From positions 1 to 19,218 of the forward strand of contig NZ_JADEWG010000122.1 in assembly GCF_015207735.1 (NCBI RefSeq): a stretch of 19,218 nt of DNA, given 5' to 3'. The stretch is from [Phormidium] sp. LEGE 05292. GTDB taxonomy: Bacteria; Cyanobacteriota; Cyanobacteriia; Cyanobacteriales; Aerosakkonemataceae. Positions within the stretch are counted from its first letter, which is position 1; the number at the start of each line of letters is the position of its first letter. Shown here piece after piece: positions 1 through 8,785 of the stretch. Under the pieces are notes generated by a model. That model saw only the letters and a list, made by a program, of their open reading frames with translations, was not told the DNA's origin and ran no database searches. The position numbers were made by a program, and so were the translations under genes.

Positions 1-121
1 TGTGCCGTTTTATGATTCTAGCTACTTTGTAATGGCTTTCTTATTGGAACGAAGGAATTACTATCCTCGGCTTCTTGAGTGCCATTTTATCCTTCTAGGC
101 TAGTGCCATTTTTTCTTTCAA

Positions 122-697
122 GTGGCAAATCGTGCCATTGATGTTAAAGTTTATCCGGGACGGGCGAGTGTCATTGACTTTAGCCAAACCGATGAGGTGA
201 TTGGCTATGTGTTGATTGCTGACCCCTCTCATCTGGTGTTCGGTACAGATACAGAATTATCAGGCGGTCGTGCTAAAACTATATTCTTGCGCTCGATTCT
301 ACCATTGCGCTTTCCTGGTGCTACTACCGCTAACATCACCAGCCTTTCTATCAAAACAATGGATTCCCAACACAGACAACGACTTTATACTTTTAACGTA
401 ACACTCGCTAATAATCGACCAGAGCAATTAGGAATTCAGATTGCTACAGTTCCATCTGCAAATAGGCAAACTTTGGATATTAGTGCTGGTCAAACTATTA
501 CAGCATCAGATGTAGAAAGAGGCTTGAAAATTGCTATCCAAAGAAGGTACACCACAGCTAACGACCCAGTTGTTTATCAGGTGCAACGGTTTTTAGACAA
601 ATTGAAAAATCACAATCTATCACCAACCGATGCTGCAATGGAGGTAGGAATAGATTTTTCAGTGCTTATTGAACTTGTCAAGATTGCTCGAGAGTAA
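122..697 (+). CDS. Hypothetical protein (191 aa). Probable GTG start, with a stop 21 nt upstream in frame. Its stop lies 9 nt before the histidine kinase start, so the two are likely co-transcribed.
   Basis: Long ORF in the same orientation as the downstream kinase and tightly coupled to it. No motif I recognise, and no N-terminal signal peptide or TM segment. Confidence 0.5.
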   Translation: MANRAIDVKVYPGRASVIDFSQTDEVIGYVLIADPSHLVFGTDTELSGGRAKTIFLRSILPLRFPGATTANITSLSIKTMDSQHRQRLYTFNVTLANNRPEQLGIQIATVPSANRQTLDISAGQTITASDVERGLKIAIQRRYTTANDPVVYQVQRFLDKLKNHNLSPTDAAMEVGIDFSVLIELVKIARE

Positions 698-706
698 GGG
701 TTTTTC

Positions 707-3082
707 ATGTTCAAAAAGAATTCACAGCCTGTATCGCTGCGTTTACTCTTAACAATTCCCTTGGCTCTTGTAATTACCCTATCCGTTGGATTAACTGGTT
801 GGATATCTTTAATTGTCAGCAAGCAGACAATGAACGATTTAGTAACACAGTTACTTCAACAAGCAACTCAACGTATCTGCGAACCCTTAGAGTACTTCGA
901 TACTTTCCCAATTGCCGACCTGATAGCTCAAGAAAGCGGACAGTCAATTTTGAATAATTTACAAATCAGTCCTCACAGTCAAACTTTTATCCTCACTCGT
1001 TCTGGAAACATCATTGCCTACTCTACTTCTGCTACAACATATCTTCCCGATTATCTAGCAACTGAACAATCAATTCATCAGCAAAATCTCATTAACTATT
1101 CAGTTCAATTTTTACTCAAACATTTCCTTAATCTAGCTGCTATTACCAAAAGCGAGACGCTGACTTTTACTGCTAATGGCGATAAGTATTTACTTCAAGT
1201 CGAACCTCTTTTTGAGTCCGATGTTGGTAATGAATACAATATAGATTGGTTAATTGTTGCTGTCGTCCCGGAAACTGATTTTATCAACCAGGGGAACGCC
1301 AACACTCGCATCATGTTGGGACTTTGTTTTCTGGCATTGATTCTCTCTATTTCACTCCTTTTATTGATTTCTTGGCGAATTGAACTCAAACTACAGCGAT
1401 TAATTGCCGCTACCCAAGCAATTGCTGCCGGAAACCTCAACCAACAGGTACTCGGAAGTAATGTAGTCGAACTCGAATACTTGGCTCGTGCTTTCAATCA
1501 AATGAGCCAACAATTACAAAAGTATCGTTCTCAATCCGAACACTACTCTCGGATTTTGGAACTGAGGGTCGAATCTAAAACTCGCCAACTCAAACTGAAA
1601 AACCGGGAACTCAAAAAAGCAAAAAAGGCAGCTGAAGCCGCTAATCATGCTAAAAGTTCTTTTCTGGCTAATATGAGTCACGAATTGCGAACGCCGCTCA
1701 ATGCAATTCTTGGCTTTAGTCAACAGATGGCTCGTCACCAACAAACGACTCCCGCTCAACAATTGAGTCTAAATATTATTAATCGCAATGGCTCTCATTT
1801 ATTGAAACTGATTAATAATATTTTGTCTCTTTCTAAAATTGAAGCGGGTGAAATGAAGTTGGATGAAACTGCCTTTGACTTCTATGCTTTACTCGATGAT
1901 ATTGAGCAGATGTTGTTGCTCAAAGCTAAGGCTAAAGGTTTGCAATTAATTTTTGACCGTTCGGAAAAAGTCCCACAATATATCCGCACTGACGAAAGTA
2001 AATTGCGTCAGATTTTAATTAATCTTTTAGAGAATGCGATTAAGTTTACTTCTTCCGGTAGCGTCACGCTTCAAGTTAAAGTGACTGACCGTTTATCTCC
2101 TTCTTCCCACCAGCATTCATTAACAGCTAAAGCTTTACTTTTTTGGATTAGCGATACAGGTTTCGGTATTGCTCCCGAAGAATTGGGGTCTTTATTTAAA
2201 CCTTTTGTCCAAACCCAAACGGGTAGGCGCTCTCAAACTGGAACTGGATTGGGATTGCCAATTAGTCGTCAATTTATTAAGTTGATGAGTGGCGATATTC
2301 GAGTGAAAAGCAAATTAGGAACAGGAACCACTTTTCGGTTTTATATTCGAGTTGGTTTGGCTGATGCTTGGGAAGTGGACAATCACTTCTCATCTCCTAG
2401 AGTTATTGGTTTAGCTCCCAATCAACAAAAGTACCGCATCTTGGTTGTTGACGACCAATGGGAAAATCGGTTGCTTTTAAGTGAGTGTTGTCAGGAAGTA
2501 GGTTTTCAAGTTTGGCAAGCATCTAACGGTAGGGAGGCGATTCAGTTGTGGCAGCAACATAAACCGCACTTGATTTGGATGGATATTCGGATGCCAATAA
2601 TGGATGGCTATCAAGCAACTCAATTCATTAGAAAACAGCCAAATGGTGAACAGACAGTGATTATTGCTTTAACAGCTAGCGTTTTTGATGTGAAGCGGGA
2701 ACAAGCTTTTGATGTCGGTTGCAATGACTTTGTGGCTAAACCTTGTCCAGAGGCGGTGATTTTTGAGAAGATGGCACTTCACTTAGGTGTTCGCTACCTC
2801 TACGAAACTCAATCTTTCCTTCTCCAGCAGCATCAGTTAGTTCCACAACTGACTGCTGAATCGCTTTCTGTGTTGCCTCAAGGATTGCTCGTTCAACTTC
2901 ATCAAGCAGCGGAGCTTGGGGATGACCAAAAGGCTAAACAACTTATTGAGCAGATTCCAGAGTTTTACAATCCACTCAAGATTGCACTGGCTCAATTGGT
3001 GGAAGAATTGCGATTGGATACTATTAGCGACCTTACGAAATTTTCTGTTGGAAGCGAGGGATTGACTGACTCACCGGGTTAA
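707..3082 (+). CDS. Hybrid sensor histidine kinase / response regulator: two TM segments flanking a roughly 280-aa periplasmic sensor domain, then HAMP, coiled coil, HisKA, HATPase_c and a C-terminal REC domain.
   Basis: TM1 [25 protein letters not shown] and TM2 [23 protein letters not shown]-box [15 protein letters not shown]-box [13 protein letters not shown]-boxes ISDTGFGI and [11 protein letters not shown]. Receiver [14 protein letters not shown] ... [12 protein letters not shown] ... ALTASV. AAGGG ribosome-binding site before the ATG. Confidence 0.9.
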   Translation: MFKKNSQPVSLRLLLTIPLALVITLSVGLTGWISLIVSKQTMNDLVTQLLQQATQRICEPLEYFDTFPIADLIAQESGQSILNNLQISPHSQTFILTRSGNIIAYSTSATTYLPDYLATEQSIHQQNLINYSVQFLLKHFLNLAAITKSETLTFTANGDKYLLQVEPLFESDVGNEYNIDWLIVAVVPETDFINQGNANTRIMLGLCFLALILSISLLLLISWRIELKLQRLIAATQAIAAGNLNQQVLGSNVVELEYLARAFNQMSQQLQKYRSQSEHYSRILELRVESKTRQLKLKNRELKKAKKAAEAANHAKSSFLANMSHELRTPLNAILGFSQQMARHQQTTPAQQLSLNIINRNGSHLLKLINNILSLSKIEAGEMKLDETAFDFYALLDDIEQMLLLKAKAKGLQLIFDRSEKVPQYIRTDESKLRQILINLLENAIKFTSSGSVTLQVKVTDRLSPSSHQHSLTAKALLFWISDTGFGIAPEELGSLFKPFVQTQTGRRSQTGTGLGLPISRQFIKLMSGDIRVKSKLGTGTTFRFYIRVGLADAWEVDNHFSSPRVIGLAPNQQKYRILVVDDQWENRLLLSECCQEVGFQVWQASNGREAIQLWQQHKPHLIWMDIRMPIMDGYQATQFIRKQPNGEQTVIIALTASVFDVKREQAFDVGCNDFVAKPCPEAVIFEKMALHLGVRYLYETQSFLLQQHQLVPQLTAESLSVLPQGLLVQLHQAAELGDDQKAKQLIEQIPEFYNPLKIALAQLVEELRLDTISDLTKFSVGSEGLTDSPG

Positions 3083-3100
3083 AAACAAAGTTACTCACAT

Positions 3101-3874
3101 TTAAGCATCTGTTTTTTTTCTGGGATTGAGAACAGTATCGATCGCTTTATCAATTAATTCAATCGATTCCTCACCTGGATAACTAGATACAGGGGTTTTT
3201 CTGTTGGTTAATTTTGGTGGTTTAGTGCCATGTTTTTCGGTGTAGTACTCATCAGCAAAACTTTGGATTAGCTGGATTTGGTCTGGGTTACTTTTAATGC
3301 CCTTTTCTTTTAATCTTTCTGCTACCGTCCAAGCTTTCTTTGTTTTAGTGTTAGTTTTATTGTTAGTTTGATTATTAGCTTCAGTTTCTGGTGATGAACC
3401 ATTACTCCCTTGGGCAACATCGGCTAAATTATCTGGTTGTCTAAAGTAGTCTTCTAAAATTGGAATAACCGAACGATACCACTTTAACTGTGGCCCCTGC
3501 CATTTGTTAGTTTTGGAAGTAGCGAGCAAACTGATACCGTGTTCAGAACCAGCTTCCGTGAGTATCCAGATTCGCTTTTCGTCGTTTTTTTCTTGGTATC
3601 CCAGCTTAACTAATGCCGTGTTTACTTGCTCCGGCTTAATTTTAACCGTTAAGTTTTCTGTTAATAGCGTTGCTAGTTCTGTGGCACTCATTCCTTCTTC
3701 TGGTAGTGAGTGAGTTGCACCAATCAAAGATTTAGCTAATTCTGCTATTTCTTTGAGTTCTGGGTACATGGTGGCTAAAGCATTGAATTTGAATTGAGCA
3801 ATTGCGGCATTACTCAGTCTGGTATTTAAGAGCCAGTTAGATAGTTGGTCGATGGTTTGGATGGCTGTTGCCAC
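3101..3874 (-). CDS. Hypothetical protein (257 aa) with a central low-complexity N/T/K-rich linker (NNQTNNKTNTKTKK). Function unknown.
   Basis: Clean long ORF on the minus strand. The N-terminal roughly 150 aa and the C-terminal roughly 70 aa look globular and are separated by a polar repeat linker. No catalytic motif recognised. Confidence 0.5.
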   Translation of the reverse strand: MATAIQTIDQLSNWLLNTRLSNAAIAQFKFNALATMYPELKEIAELAKSLIGATHSLPEEGMSATELATLLTENLTVKIKPEQVNTALVKLGYQEKNDEKRIWILTEAGSEHGISLLATSKTNKWQGPQLKWYRSVIPILEDYFRQPDNLADVAQGSNGSSPETEANNQTNNKTNTKTKKAWTVAERLKEKGIKSNPDQIQLIQSFADEYYTEKHGTKPPKLTNRKTPVSSYPGEESIELIDKAIDTVLNPRKKTDA

Positions 3875-3990
3875 CTGTTCGGGAGAAGGGATGAGGCAAT
3901 AAAAAGCTTTTCCTCAGATTAAGCTCTTAGTGTGATTATAGTCCAGCCTGCAAATAAAAAATTTATTTTCTCGTTTTATTTCTTCTAGAT

Positions 3991-4761
3991 TCAAAAATTC
4001 CCTAGTTCATGAAATTGAATTGAAGCCCAATAAGCATCTATGTCTGCAATTTTACATTGCTCAATTTTAACTCCTTCTGCTAATAGCGCTCGCTCTTGCT
4101 CTATTACATATTCAAATAACAAACGACCATCTGCTCTCACAATCCGATGGATTGGTAACTCAGAATTAGCTTTTTTGAGGAAGGTTGGAATAGCACGAGC
4201 ATAAGCTTTAGACACTCCCATCGCCATCAATAAGTCAGTAGTTTTTACAACTTTTCCAGATGGAATTCGTTGTACGAACTCAGCAAATCGCCCTTTGGCT
4301 TCATCAGGAAGAGGTTTGAATTGATAAGGTGCTAATGTTATTTCATCCCCCGCTAAAACTTGTCCATCTCTAACAATCATTCCCAGAAAACCTCGCTTTC
4401 CCTTAATTCTTTTGGCTAACCCAGGCTGAAGTTCATTTAAATAACTACAAGGTTCGCAAGGCAAAGTTAATCGAATCAAGGCTGATGAGCCTACTTGTAA
4501 AACTGTTCCTGATGAGAATTGTTCTATAAGAGTATCAACTAACAAATTTTCTTTTAACTCACCTGGCTTTAAACCAAATTCAGTTAGAGTTGAGGTACTC
4601 GCAATTAACACTTGACGCGGGTTTCCAGGTAACGCATTCACATCACCTAAAATTCCATATCCTCTTTGTAGGTTTAGTGTTTGAATCTCTTGCACTCTGG
4701 CACCAGGCTTATCTTTGATAAAGAGTTTCACTACTCTTATAGAGCAATTGTTATGGCTCAT
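3991..4761 (-). CDS. MOSC-domain protein (YiiM-like) fused to a C-terminal MGMT-family DNA-binding domain that lacks the acceptor cysteine (alkyltransferase-like, ATL-type).
   Basis: MOSC hallmark LTLPCEPCSYL with the conserved Cys in a beta-barrel-like N-terminal half. The C-terminal IPSGKVVKTTDLLMAMGVSKAYARAIPTFLKKANSELPIHRIVRADG matches the MGMT helix-turn-helix/wing region, with IHR in place of the PCHR active site. The start overlaps the rarA stop by 4 nt. Confidence 0.75.
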   Translation of the reverse strand: MSHNNCSIRVVKLFIKDKPGARVQEIQTLNLQRGYGILGDVNALPGNPRQVLIASTSTLTEFGLKPGELKENLLVDTLIEQFSSGTVLQVGSSALIRLTLPCEPCSYLNELQPGLAKRIKGKRGFLGMIVRDGQVLAGDEITLAPYQFKPLPDEAKGRFAEFVQRIPSGKVVKTTDLLMAMGVSKAYARAIPTFLKKANSELPIHRIVRADGRLLFEYVIEQERALLAEGVKIEQCKIADIDAYWASIQFHELGNF

Positions 4762-6977
4762 AGGCTAGCTTTAACAAAAACAACAGTTGTTGACCAAGGT
4801 AATGTTTGGTGGAGTAAGTAGCGGGTGAATAACTCTTGTATTTTCCCAACTTCCTTTTGAGATAAAATTTGAGCTAAACGTTCTGCTAATGTAGGGCGAG
4901 AGGAATTAGAGTTAATAAACCAGCGTTCTAATAAGCTCGGTGTAATATGCAAATTCGTTTGTAAATGTTCGGGAAAAATTTCTACCGTTAAACCAACAGA
5001 CAAAAAAGCTTTCTGCAAATCTTCCACATCCCAGTTAACCATTGAATCTGATGGGTCTGCATAAATGCTTTCTTCCGCCATTACCAACCGTTCATACAAA
5101 GAAGGCTCAAACTGTTTCGGGTCTAGCCAACGGTAAAGACGTTGCGTATGACGCGGTACGCTTTCTGCTAACACTAAAACACCTGATTTAGGTAGTAATT
5201 CAGCTAATTTCTGTACGGCAATATTTTTATCTGGTTCTTGTGTTAGTACGTTACGTCCGATGATGTAGTTAAACTCTACATTGGCAGCTTCGACTGTTAG
5301 GACATTTGGTAATTCTGCTAAAGTCGATGTCAGCACAAATGGACGGATTAATTCTGGTAATGCAACTGCAAGTTCTTCTAATGCTGAGGCTTCTTGTGGA
5401 GTGCGAACGCAAGCATAAACACCACCTTCTGGTACTTGGCGAACGGCTTCCCAGGTAAGTAATCCACTACCTGCATTGAGGTCAAGTATTACATGATGTC
5501 GCTGGAGTTGAACTAAACTAAAAATGCGCTCGCGTACCTTCGCCAATTGTTCTCCAACTTGAGATAAAGTACGCTGCAACCAGCGTTCGGTTGCCTTGTC
5601 AGTTGTCCCATAAGTCAGTACTTCTGCTGGTGCTATTCCCATACCTTCTAAGGAAGCAGCTAGTTGTGCTTCTCGACGACGTGCAACAGTCGAAGCGATT
5701 CCTGCTTCAAATCCTTGAAGTGAAGGTTGATAAAATACTTGTCCTTGCAAGCTGGTGGGTAAGTATTGTTGAGCTACCCAATGGTCGCGGTAAGCGTGAG
5801 GATATAAATAACCTGCACCATGTCCAAATCCTTTTTTATCTCGATTAGCATCTTTTAAATGATTAGGTACTTCTGCTTCTTTTTCCTTTTCCACTACAGA
5901 TAAAGCATCGAAAAATCCCATCACGCTATTTGATTTGGCTGTATTTGCTAAATACAAAGTGGCTTGTGCTAAATGGTAGCGTCCTTCTGGCATTCCTACT
6001 CGGTCAAACGCTTCGGCACAAGCATTCACTACTACTACCGCATTGGGGTCAGCAAGTCCTACATCTTCGCTGGCTAATATCAACATTCGCCGAAAGATAA
6101 AACGGGGGTCTTCTCCGGCATAAACCATTTTGGCTAACCAATACAATGCGGCATCTGAGTCAGAACCGCGTAAGCTTTTAATAAATGCACTGATGGTGTC
6201 AAAATGTGCGTCTCCTTCTTTATCGTAGAGAACTGCTCTTTGCTGGATTGATTCTTCTGCTACTGAATCGGTAATGTGAATGATTCCTACTTTATCTGCT
6301 GGTGTAGTTTCTACTGCTAGTTCTAAAGCGTTGAGTAAAGAACGAGCATCGCCATTGGCAACATTTACTAAATGTTCTACAGCATCGGATTCTAACTTAA
6401 TTTTAAGTTTGCCATAGCCGCGTTCAGAATCATTGAGAGTTTGCTCGATAATCCGGTGTAAATCTTCATTGTCGAGCAGTTTGAGTTGAAAAATTCGCGA
6501 ACGGCTAACGAGTGCTTTGTTGACTTCAAAGTAAGGATTTTCGGTGGTAGCGCCAATCAGGATAACTGTACCGTTTTCTACCCAGGGCAATAATGCGTCT
6601 TGTTGGGATTTATTGAAACGGTGTACTTCATCGACAAACAGAATAGTGCCTTGGGAGTACTTTTTTTGTGTTTCTTGGGCTGTGGAAATGGCATCTCTAA
6701 TTTCTTTGACTCCTGAAAGTACGGCGTTGATGGCAATAAAGTGAGCTTTGGTGGTGTTGGCGATGATGCGTGCTAAGGTGGTTTTGCCCGTACCCGGTGG
6801 GCCTGAGAAAATTATTGATGATAGTTGGTCGGCAAGAATGGCACGACGCAATAAGCGTCCTGGGCCAATGATATGTTCTTGACCGATAAATTCTCCCAGG
6901 GTGCGCGGTCGCATTCTGGCTGCTAGGGGTGCTTCGGTTAAAGCAAACTGTGGTTGATTTTGAGCGAATAAATCCAT
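4758..6977 (-). CDS. rarA: Replication-associated recombination protein A (RarA/MgsA AAA+ ATPase) with a roughly 300-aa C-terminal extension carrying a SAM-dependent methyltransferase-like motif I.
   Basis: Walker A FSGPPGTGKTTLARI. Walker B ILFVDEVHRFNKSQQDALL. MgsA C-terminal motif GYLYPHAYRDHWVAQQYLP. The extension contains VILDLNAGSGLLTWEA (a D-x-G-x-G Rossmann MTase motif I). Confidence 0.85.
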   Translation of the reverse strand: MDLFAQNQPQFALTEAPLAARMRPRTLGEFIGQEHIIGPGRLLRRAILADQLSSIIFSGPPGTGKTTLARIIANTTKAHFIAINAVLSGVKEIRDAISTAQETQKKYSQGTILFVDEVHRFNKSQQDALLPWVENGTVILIGATTENPYFEVNKALVSRSRIFQLKLLDNEDLHRIIEQTLNDSERGYGKLKIKLESDAVEHLVNVANGDARSLLNALELAVETTPADKVGIIHITDSVAEESIQQRAVLYDKEGDAHFDTISAFIKSLRGSDSDAALYWLAKMVYAGEDPRFIFRRMLILASEDVGLADPNAVVVVNACAEAFDRVGMPEGRYHLAQATLYLANTAKSNSVMGFFDALSVVEKEKEAEVPNHLKDANRDKKGFGHGAGYLYPHAYRDHWVAQQYLPTSLQGQVFYQPSLQGFEAGIASTVARRREAQLAASLEGMGIAPAEVLTYGTTDKATERWLQRTLSQVGEQLAKVRERIFSLVQLQRHHVILDLNAGSGLLTWEAVRQVPEGGVYACVRTPQEASALEELAVALPELIRPFVLTSTLAELPNVLTVEAANVEFNYIIGRNVLTQEPDKNIAVQKLAELLPKSGVLVLAESVPRHTQRLYRWLDPKQFEPSLYERLVMAEESIYADPSDSMVNWDVEDLQKAFLSVGLTVEIFPEHLQTNLHITPSLLERWFINSNSSRPTLAERLAQILSQKEVGKIQELFTRYLLHQTLPWSTTVVFVKASL

Positions 6978-7028
6978 AGCCTAATCCTAGCCATTTTCTC
7001 GTTATGTTCGCTCATATCAAACAGTAAT

Positions 7029-8156
7029 TTATTGTGGTGACAACATGGATTCTATTTCATGTAACTTGGAAGCAAGAGCAACTTTTAGTGCTTCCAATTC
7101 TTGTTGTTCCATATTATCGATCGCTATTTCTTGTACTTGCCGAATCATACTTGTGGCACGAGATGGCGTTGACCCTTTTGCTTGTTCTTTTTGATAACTG
7201 CTAATCTCTGATGAAACTAATGCCCTAGTTTTAGCCACAGATAATTTTTCTTGCAAAATTCGCTTAACTAACTTGGCTCTAACTTTTTTAGCCTCTGCTT
7301 CCTTGATTCCCAACGCTTTGGCATTACAACGCTGCACGGCAATTGCCTGTATTCCTCCCAGTCCTTGAGTACGCATAGCTTGTTTTAAATCTGCTGCTAA
7401 TCCCAGCATGGGAAAAATATTGGTATTTATGGAAGCTGGGTTTAATTGTAAAGATAGTAATACGCTAAGTACGCTCTTTTCTGATGAGTTGAGTTCTAAT
7501 TCGGCTAAAACTTCTTGTTGTGACTCTGGGCTAACTACTACTATTTCACTAATTTGATTCGTTTTTCCTTGTCTTTCTAGTCGTCGGACTGCGGTTCTTA
7601 AGATGCGAGGAATATCTTGCTCGTTTAAATTACTTGTCTGAGCTATTTCTTTGATTAACGCTTCTGCCATATCTAGCGGATTTAAGTTTTCCCGATGCAA
7701 GTTGGCAAGGAGAACGCGACGGTGCAACGCTTCGGGACAAGGGATAATTACTGCTTTTATCGTACCCCACTGCAATTGCAAAGCCGCACGCCAACGTCGT
7801 TCTCCATCAAATAGTAGATACCGTCCATCTGGTTGTTCTATGAGGATAATTGGTTCCTGCTGTCCGTCGCTAGCCAGGGAAACCATCATCCCGTTAATAC
7901 TTTCCGGTGAAAATGTCTGTCTCGGTTGGTCTGGGTTAGGATCTATCTGCTCCACTGATATGTCTATTACACCCCCTGATGTGAGAGTTGAACGCAATTC
8001 TTGGACTTTGGTTTCAACTTGTTGAGAGCCAACGGAACGCAATTGCTCTATTTCGGCTTGCAGTTCGGTTATCTTAGTTTCTAAGGCGTGGACTTCTTGG
8101 GAATATTCCGCACCAGAAAACAGATTGGATAGGTCTATTTGTGGTTTTTTACTCAT
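7029..8156 (-). CDS. ParB-like protein with a ParB/Srx N-terminal domain that has an arginine-patch (CTP-binding type), preceded by a roughly 60-aa coiled-coil N-terminus.
   Basis: PIILIEQPDGRYLLFDGERRWRAA matches the ParB GxRRxRAA box. The following ENLNPLDMAEALIKEI resembles the ParB ENLxxxExAxAY region. N-terminal heptad-like segment ALETKITELQAEIEQLRS. Confidence 0.7.
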   Translation of the reverse strand: MSKKPQIDLSNLFSGAEYSQEVHALETKITELQAEIEQLRSVGSQQVETKVQELRSTLTSGGVIDISVEQIDPNPDQPRQTFSPESINGMMVSLASDGQQEPIILIEQPDGRYLLFDGERRWRAALQLQWGTIKAVIIPCPEALHRRVLLANLHRENLNPLDMAEALIKEIAQTSNLNEQDIPRILRTAVRRLERQGKTNQISEIVVVSPESQQEVLAELELNSSEKSVLSVLLSLQLNPASINTNIFPMLGLAADLKQAMRTQGLGGIQAIAVQRCNAKALGIKEAEAKKVRAKLVKRILQEKLSVAKTRALVSSEISSYQKEQAKGSTPSRATSMIRQVQEIAIDNMEQQELEALKVALASKLHEIESMLSPQ

Positions 8157-8215
8157 GTTTAGTCGTGTTATCAGATAGCGGAAAAATAGAGTGGTTCGGA
8201 GTAAAAGGTAGTTTT

Positions 8216-8578
8216 TCAGAATCCATGTTTTTGAGCCAGAAAATCACGGATATCTTGATTTCCTTTGGCTTGGTTGCAGGGATGACAGGCTAACGTTAGG
8301 TTAGAAACTCGGTCAGAGCCACCTTGTTTAAGTTCCATGCGGAACACAATACTTTCTCCGCACTGGATGGCAAAACCTGTCCACTCGGAACCTGGGTCGA
8401 TTTTGAGGGTGTATTGCTTGGGTTTAGGATTTTCAACCTGACTTTGCAGGATTAGGACGTAAGGGTATTGACGAATTGGTTTAGCTTTTCCTTTAGACTG
8501 CAATTCCCTTGCTCTGGCAGGATGTACCTGGTCTAATGGCACTCTATCAGCATTCAAAACAAACACATAATTTTGCAT
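8216..8578 (-). pseudogene. IscB (OMEGA RNA-guided nuclease, IS200/IS605 family) remnant. It keeps the PLMP/RRXRR-family N-terminal domain and the RuvC-I motif, joined in frame to the C-terminal tail of the HNH domain. The bridge helix, RuvC-II/III and the HNH catalytic core are deleted. The ORF is intact, 120 aa, with a strong SD.
   Basis: YVFVLNADRVPLDQVHPARARELQSKGKAKPIRQYPYVLIL matches the IscB PLMP N-domain. YTLKIDPGSEWTGFAIQ matches RuvC-I (catalytic Asp). GGSDRVSNLTLACHPCNQAKGNQ matches the distal half of an HNH ββα-Me domain, without the upstream D-H catalytic pair or the first CxxC. AAGGAG sits 7 nt upstream of the ATG. Confidence 0.55.
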
Positions 8579-8785
8579 TTCTGCGCTCCTTAAGGGTTAA
8601 GTTTGCATCGACATTGCTTGCAGGCTTGTCATGGGTTACGGTGTTGCATCATCACGACCTTGATCATGTTCCTTCCCCGACGCTTAGGACTTGCCCGATC
8701 CTATTAAGTCATCACCTACAAGCATTCATCTAGCGTAGCTGGGTACTCTGAATTCCTGCATTTCCCTCCGAATTACTCCGGTTCG
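8579..8785 (-). ncRNA. Candidate degenerate omega-RNA-like structured leader upstream of the IscB remnant, or alternatively just the 5' UTR of that ORF.
   Basis: A 207-nt non-coding interval lying exactly where IscB elements encode their omega-RNA, immediately 5' of the nuclease ORF. The minus-strand transcript has several local hairpins: CCGGA-GUAA-UUCGG (GNRA loop), CAUGACA...UGUCgAUG, and CUUAA-ccc-UUAAG overlapping the SD. Confidence 0.2.

Noticed and set aside
216-401. 61-aa plus-strand ORF inside the first gene
   Set aside because: It is embedded out of frame in a longer, better-supported ORF, and its hydrophobic low-complexity translation is typical of an alternate-frame artefact.
610-822. 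70-aa minus-strand ORF spanning the gene 1 / kinase junction
   Set aside because: It overlaps two co-oriented plus-strand genes across their coupling region, with no RBS. It is most likely spurious.
1195-1762. Two minus-strand ORFs (100 aa and 82 aa) inside the histidine kinase gene
   Set aside because: They are antisense to a kinase region with strong motif support, and their translations have no recognisable features.
3504-3713. 69-aa plus-strand ORF antisense to the 257-aa hypothetical gene
   Set aside because: It overlaps the N/T/K-repeat-encoding region of the longer ORF and has a low-complexity S/V-rich translation. Likely an artefact.
3875-3990. Possible terminator/promoter hairpin GAGG...AAAAGCTTTT...CCTC between the MOSC-ATL gene and the 257-aa gene
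   Set aside because: The stem is short and AT-rich and is not followed by a U-run on the minus strand, so it is not convincing as an intrinsic terminator.
5591-6744. Plus-strand ORFs of 85 aa and 66 aa within rarA
   Set aside because: Antisense to a strongly supported AAA+ ATPase gene, with no motifs.
7651-8025. 124-aa plus-strand ORF inside the parB-like gene
   Set aside because: Arg/Cys/Ser-rich translation typical of an antisense frame of an A/T-rich-codon gene. Overlapped entirely by the ParB-like ORF.
8509-8733. 74-aa plus-strand ORF across the IscB-remnant start and its upstream leader
   Set aside because: No RBS and a His/Leu-rich implausible product. The interval is better explained as a minus-strand leader or omega-like RNA.
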